Positions 59,916-64,000 of a DNA stretch of 64,000 nt are shown piece after piece. Within the stretch, counting starts at the first letter, position 1, and each line of letters opens with the position of its first letter. This stretch comes from Bryobacterales bacterium (GTDB lineage: Bacteria; Acidobacteriota; Terriglobia; Bryobacterales; UBA6623). The translations under genes were made by a program, and so were the position numbers. The DNA lies in assembly GCA_963422375.2 (NCBI GenBank), contig OY729427.2, positions 864,001 through 928,000 on the forward strand, written 5' to 3'. The notes beneath the pieces are model-generated. The model was given only the letters and a program-made list of their open reading frames with translations, did not search any database and was not told the origin of the DNA.

Positions 59916-61025
59916 TCAGTTCACGAAGCGGCGGAGCCGCACGTTGTTGACCAAGCCAAGCATCACCAGGCAAGTCAGCAAGTTGGATCCGCCGTAACTC
60001 ATCAGAGGCAACGGCAGGCCGGTGACCGGCAGCTTGTTGGCCACCATCCCGACGTTGACCAGAATGTGAAACAGCAGCAGGGCCGCCACGCACATGGCGA
60101 TGATCGATCCTTCGGCGTCCGCGGCCGACTGGCCGGTCTGCACGATCCGCATTAGCAGCAGGTAGTACAGGGCCAGCAGCAGCGTGATGCCGAAGAAGCC
60201 GCGCTCCTCGGCGAACGCCGCGAATATGAAGTCGGTGTGCGGTGTCGGCAGGAATCGCAGCTGCGTCTGCGACCCCTGCACGAAGCCCTGGCCCCAGATG
60301 CCGCCCGCCCCGACCGCGATCTTCGACTGCAGGATCTGGTACCCGAGGCTGCGGGGCGATTCCTCCGGATCGAGGAAGCCCGTGATGCGGGCCTTCTGGT
60401 ACGGCTTGAGCATGGACCACCCGATCGGCACCAGCAAGACGGCGACCAAGCCGACTATAACGAAGTGCTTCTGGGGAATCGAGGTCAGGTACAGCCCCAT
60501 CGCGAGGATCGGCACGGTGCTCAGCGCGGTGCTCAGGTCCGGCTGAAGCACCACGACCCCGAACGGCGCGAAGAACAGCACTGCGATGACCGCGTAGTCG
60601 AAGAAGCCCGACATCTTGGTCGAGAGCTTGGCGCAGTACTTCGCTACCACCAAGATTAGCACCACCTTCATGAACTCGGACACCTGCACCGAGAACCCGA
60701 ACGGTGTCGGGAGCCAGCGGCGGGCGCCGTTGATGGGATCCGTGAAGGCGAGCACTGCCAGCAGGGCCAGCAAGCCGGCCAGCCACAGGACGGGCGAGGC
60801 CCAGACGCTGAAATGGTAGTCGACCGAGGACGCGAACCAGAACAGCCCGGCGCCGATCGCCAGCCACATGAGATGGTCCGTGTGAACGCCTTGGAACTTG
60901 GTGTTCAGGGTGGCGCTGTAGACTTGGACCACGCCGACGACGCAGATCAGGAAGACCAGCCCCGCCATGATCCAGTCGAAATCGCGGAAGAAGTTTCCGC
61001 CCGAGGCCGCCGAGCGCACGGTCAC
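59916..61025 (-). CDS. rodA: Rod shape-determining protein RodA
   Basis: NGARRW, QVSEFMK, QPDL, GYQILQS, PHTDFIF, TGLPLPLMSYGGS. Confidence 0.95.
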   Translation of the reverse strand: MTVRSAASGGNFFRDFDWIMAGLVFLICVVGVVQVYSATLNTKFQGVHTDHLMWLAIGAGLFWFASSVDYHFSVWASPVLWLAGLLALLAVLAFTDPINGARRWLPTPFGFSVQVSEFMKVVLILVVAKYCAKLSTKMSGFFDYAVIAVLFFAPFGVVVLQPDLSTALSTVPILAMGLYLTSIPQKHFVIVGLVAVLLVPIGWSMLKPYQKARITGFLDPEESPRSLGYQILQSKIAVGAGGIWGQGFVQGSQTQLRFLPTPHTDFIFAAFAEERGFFGITLLLALYYLLLMRIVQTGQSAADAEGSIIAMCVAALLLFHILVNVGMVANKLPVTGLPLPLMSYGGSNLLTCLVMLGLVNNVRLRRFVN

Positions 61026-62869
61026 ATCCTCCCGGGACCAAGGCGCGCGAGCGTCCCCTCGGGCGCGGCGCGACTGCTGGAGGAACGGTTGAGCAGCCAG
61101 ACTTGGAGGATGTCCCGCGCGACGGCCGCGGAGTAGTAGCTGTGCTTGCCGTTCTCCAGCAGTACCGCCACGACGATCTCCGGGCTGCTGCACGGGGCGA
61201 AGCCGGCGAACCAGGCATCGTCCTCGAAATCCTCGCGCCCGGCCCGCAGGCGCAGGTCGTTCGACACGCGCTGGGAGGTGCCGGTCTTGCCGCACACCTC
61301 CACGCCCGACAGGCGCGCCTGCCGGCCCGTGCCCGCGCCGTTGACCACGTCCGACATCGCGCCTCGAAGGGCCGCCATGTGATCGTCGCTCACGGGCCAC
61401 CTGCGCGGCGGCTCCGGGCGGCTCCCGGGCTCGACCAAGGCTCGCTGCTGGTGGGAGACTAGATGCGGCCGGTGCCAGACACCGCCGACCGCCAGGCCGG
61501 CGATCGCCTGGGCCGCCTGAACGGGCGTGATCGACATCGCGCCCTGGCCGATGGAAACGACGACGGTCTCGCCGGGGTGCCACGGCTGCAATGTGTGGCG
61601 CACCTTCCAGCGGACCGAGGGCACGAGCCCAGTCACTTCGTCGGGCAAGTCCACGCCCGTGCGGCTCCCCAGGCCGGCGATGCGCGCGTACTCGGAGAGG
61701 GTGTCGATCCCGAGGCGGTGGCCCAGCTGGTAGAAGTACACGTCGCAGGAGAGGGCGATCGCTTGGCGCAGACGCACCGTGCCGTGGCCGCCGCGCTTGT
61801 GGCAGCGGAAGTATCTTCCGCCGAAGCGCATACCGCCGGGGCAATGCGCCGTGAAGTCCGGTCCCGCCACGCCGGCCTCCAGACCGGCCAGGCCGTGGAT
61901 GGGCTTGAAGACCGAGCCCATGGCGTAGGTGCCTTGGATGGCGCGGTTGAGCATGGGCGTCCGCGGGTCGCGGTTGAGATCGACCCACTCGTCGCGCGCG
62001 AACCCGGTGACGAACTTGTTAGGATCGAAGACCGGGGCGCTCGCCATCGCTAGGATCTCGCCGTTGCGTGGGTCGAGGGCGACGACGGCCCCCTTGCGCC
62101 CCTCCAGACCCAGTTCCGCGACGGCCTGCAGGTCGAGGTCGATCGTGAGATGCAGGTTGCGGCCGGGCACGGGCTCCATGCGGCCGACCGTGGCCAGTTC
62201 CCGGCCCATGCTGTCGACGAGGAACTGCAGGCTGCCGTCCTGCCCCGTCAGCCAGTGGTCGTACTGCCGCTCGATGCCGCTCTTGCCGATCTCGGCGCCG
62301 AAATCGCGCAGCAGGTACTCCCGTAGGTTGAGATCGCTCTTGCTCGCCTCGCCCACGTAGCCCATCGCGTGGACCCCGACAGCATCCTCGGGGTACTGTC
62401 TGCGCATGATCTCGACCAAGGCGATCTCCTGGAACTCGCTGCGGTGGGCCGCCAGGAAGGCGAGGTCGGCGGGATCCAGGTTCTCCTTCAGGACGATATG
62501 CTCGGACTTGCCGTACTCGGAAGCGTCCGCGAGACGCCCGCGAACGAATTCCTCCTCGAGTCCCAGCCCCATCGCGATTCTCGGCAGGGCGGCGTCCGAG
62601 GTGGCGGCCGGGTCGATCATGGCCGAGAGCGCGATCCGGCTCTGGGCGAGCACGCGCCCGTACCGGTCGAGGAGGTTTCCCCGGGCGGCCGGGATAGGCA
62701 GCGTCTTGATCCTGTTCTCCTCCGCCCGCCGGCGGTAGTACTCGTTGTTGGCTACCTGGATCTCCCAGAAGGCGAGCAGGAGGAGCACGAAGACCGCCGA
62801 GGCGACGATCTGGAAATGCATCACGCGGGACGTGAGCAGCTTCCCCCACATCTTCGGCGCCCACGTCAT
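61022..62869 (-). CDS. mrdA: Penicillin-binding protein 2
   Basis: ARGNLLDR, GKSGIE, GSVFK (SxxK), SCD, KTGT. Confidence 0.95.
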   Translation of the reverse strand: MTWAPKMWGKLLTSRVMHFQIVASAVFVLLLLAFWEIQVANNEYYRRRAEENRIKTLPIPAARGNLLDRYGRVLAQSRIALSAMIDPAATSDAALPRIAMGLGLEEEFVRGRLADASEYGKSEHIVLKENLDPADLAFLAAHRSEFQEIALVEIMRRQYPEDAVGVHAMGYVGEASKSDLNLREYLLRDFGAEIGKSGIERQYDHWLTGQDGSLQFLVDSMGRELATVGRMEPVPGRNLHLTIDLDLQAVAELGLEGRKGAVVALDPRNGEILAMASAPVFDPNKFVTGFARDEWVDLNRDPRTPMLNRAIQGTYAMGSVFKPIHGLAGLEAGVAGPDFTAHCPGGMRFGGRYFRCHKRGGHGTVRLRQAIALSCDVYFYQLGHRLGIDTLSEYARIAGLGSRTGVDLPDEVTGLVPSVRWKVRHTLQPWHPGETVVVSIGQGAMSITPVQAAQAIAGLAVGGVWHRPHLVSHQQRALVEPGSRPEPPRRWPVSDDHMAALRGAMSDVVNGAGTGRQARLSGVEVCGKTGTSQRVSNDLRLRAGREDFEDDAWFAGFAPCSSPEIVVAVLLENGKHSYYSAAVARDILQVWLLNRSSSSRAAPEGTLARLGPGRM

Positions 62870-63396
62870 CGGCGCCCCACCAAGCTGTCGAACAACGGAT
62901 AGGTCAACAGGGCCAGGCCCGTGTGCAGGAACGCCAGAGCGCACCACAGGCCGAGCTCGAACGGCACATCCCGCCCGATCAGGTGCGCATTCACCACGTA
63001 CAGCAGGATCTCGTGCGTCACGTAGGCCGCGGCCACGACCGCGGCCAGCACGTACGCCAGTTTGACCTTGATATGCTGCCGCGCCAGAGCGGACATGTAG
63101 CCGAGCACGGTATAGGCGAGGCCGAAGGGGCCGACCGGCCCCTGCACCAAGCCGTCGTGCGCCCAGCCCAGAGCCAGCCCCAAGACCATCGAAGGGACGG
63201 CCGCGTGGCTCAGGAGCATGAAGTAAACCCCCACCAGCAGCGGCAGGTTGAGCACGGCGGCGAACGGCAGCAGCATCGGCAGGAACATCTGTAGCGCGAG
63301 CGACGCGACAAGCAGCGCCACGGCGGGCGCAACCGACACGGAGCGCGGATGACCGTAGTCGGCCTTGCCGGCGCGGGCCGCGAAGACGCCGATCAC
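62866..63396 (-). CDS. mreD: Rod shape-determining protein MreD
   Basis: Hydrophobic protein between mreC and mrdA; GWAHD..GP.G motif. Confidence 0.8.
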   Translation of the reverse strand: MIGVFAARAGKADYGHPRSVSVAPAVALLVASLALQMFLPMLLPFAAVLNLPLLVGVYFMLLSHAAVPSMVLGLALGWAHDGLVQGPVGPFGLAYTVLGYMSALARQHIKVKLAYVLAAVVAAAYVTHEILLYVVNAHLIGRDVPFELGLWCALAFLHTGLALLTYPLFDSLVGRR

Positions 63397-64000
63397 CGGC
63401 CTGCCTCGAGTGAGTTCCCCGCGGGAGCGTCGGCCACGCGCAGCGGGTCGATGGCCGCGCTGAAGTCGGGGGGCCCGGAGTAGGTCAAAGTGCCGACCCG
63501 GCGGCCCTGCGCATCAACGGACCGGCGATAGGCCAGCTTGATCCGGTCAGCTTCCGTCGGCAGCGAAATGACCGGCGGATGGCCGGGGCCGTCGGCCCAG
63601 CGAGCGGAACTGTGAGCTAGGGTTTGTCGCACGCCGTCCGGGAGGAGATCCTGGTCGCTCTTGAGGACGACAAGCACCTGCTCGAGGCGCCCCAGCTTGG
63701 CGAACGGACGAACCTGGATCGTCTGGATCTCGACGCCCTTGTCCACGGCCGTAACGTGGCCGACCGGCAGGCCGCGCGGGAAGACGCCGTCCAGGCCCGA
63801 CGTGTAGACGAACTCGCCCGGCACAACGCGCACGTGCGGCCCGATGTAGTCGACCCGGCAGGTCGGGCGGCTCGTGCCCCGGAGGACTCCCGGCTGGCCG
63901 CTGCGCCCAAGCAGGACGCCGGCGCCGGCCTCAGTGTCGCTGATGAGCAGGACCATGCTAGATCCGCCATGCACGGCCTTGACCATGCCCACGACCCCTT
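63393..64000 (-). CDS. mreC: Rod shape-determining protein MreC (5' end outside window)
   Basis: VLLISD, VYTSGLDGVFPRGLPVG, RLEQVLV; synteny with mreD-mrdA-rodA. Confidence 0.9.
   Translation of the reverse strand, partial: GVVGMVKAVHGGSSMVLLISDTEAGAGVLLGRSGQPGVLRGTSRPTCRVDYIGPHVRVVPGEFVYTSGLDGVFPRGLPVGHVTAVDKGVEIQTIQVRPFAKLGRLEQVLVVLKSDQDLLPDGVRQTLAHSSARWADGPGHPPVISLPTEADRIKLAYRRSVDAQGRRVGTLTYSGPPDFSAAIDPLRVADAPAGNSLEAGR

Overview
High-GC bacterial chromosomal window. Gene content (two CRTAC1/ASPIC-UnbV proteins, an Acidobacteria-type TonB receptor, DUF4159, DUF885) suggests Acidobacteriota, possibly Bryobacterales-like; a predicted Na+-PPase plus sialidase/sulfatase hint at a marine or host-associated lifestyle (inference only). 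Mostly housekeeping and metabolic genes: thiolase + HMGS-DUF35 fusion, Tex, rnhB, ahcY, metK, tadA, PduO, hppA, chdC, pepA, ribF, lacD, TatT/TatP, RNase E/G, rodA, mrdA, mreD, mreC. Accessory content: one bounded IS1595 (20-bp TIRs, 8-bp TSD), a lone IS1595 end, two ISNCY-like copies (one with a 9-bp TSD) and a decayed two-gene PIN module. Most notable observations: (1) all three transposase copies appear strongly mutated A:T->G:C; (2) the RNase E/G carries two extra degenerate copies of its 5'-sensor subdomain; (3) an uncharacterised hypothetical+PIN gene pair; (4) a PhlABC-like thiolase/pseudo-HMGS-DUF35 pair; (5) an SBP/beta-propeller/diheme-peroxidase cluster; (6) recurring leaderless-type promoters. 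No rRNA, tRNA or CRISPR array was recognised. All family calls are from motif recognition by eye, not database searches.
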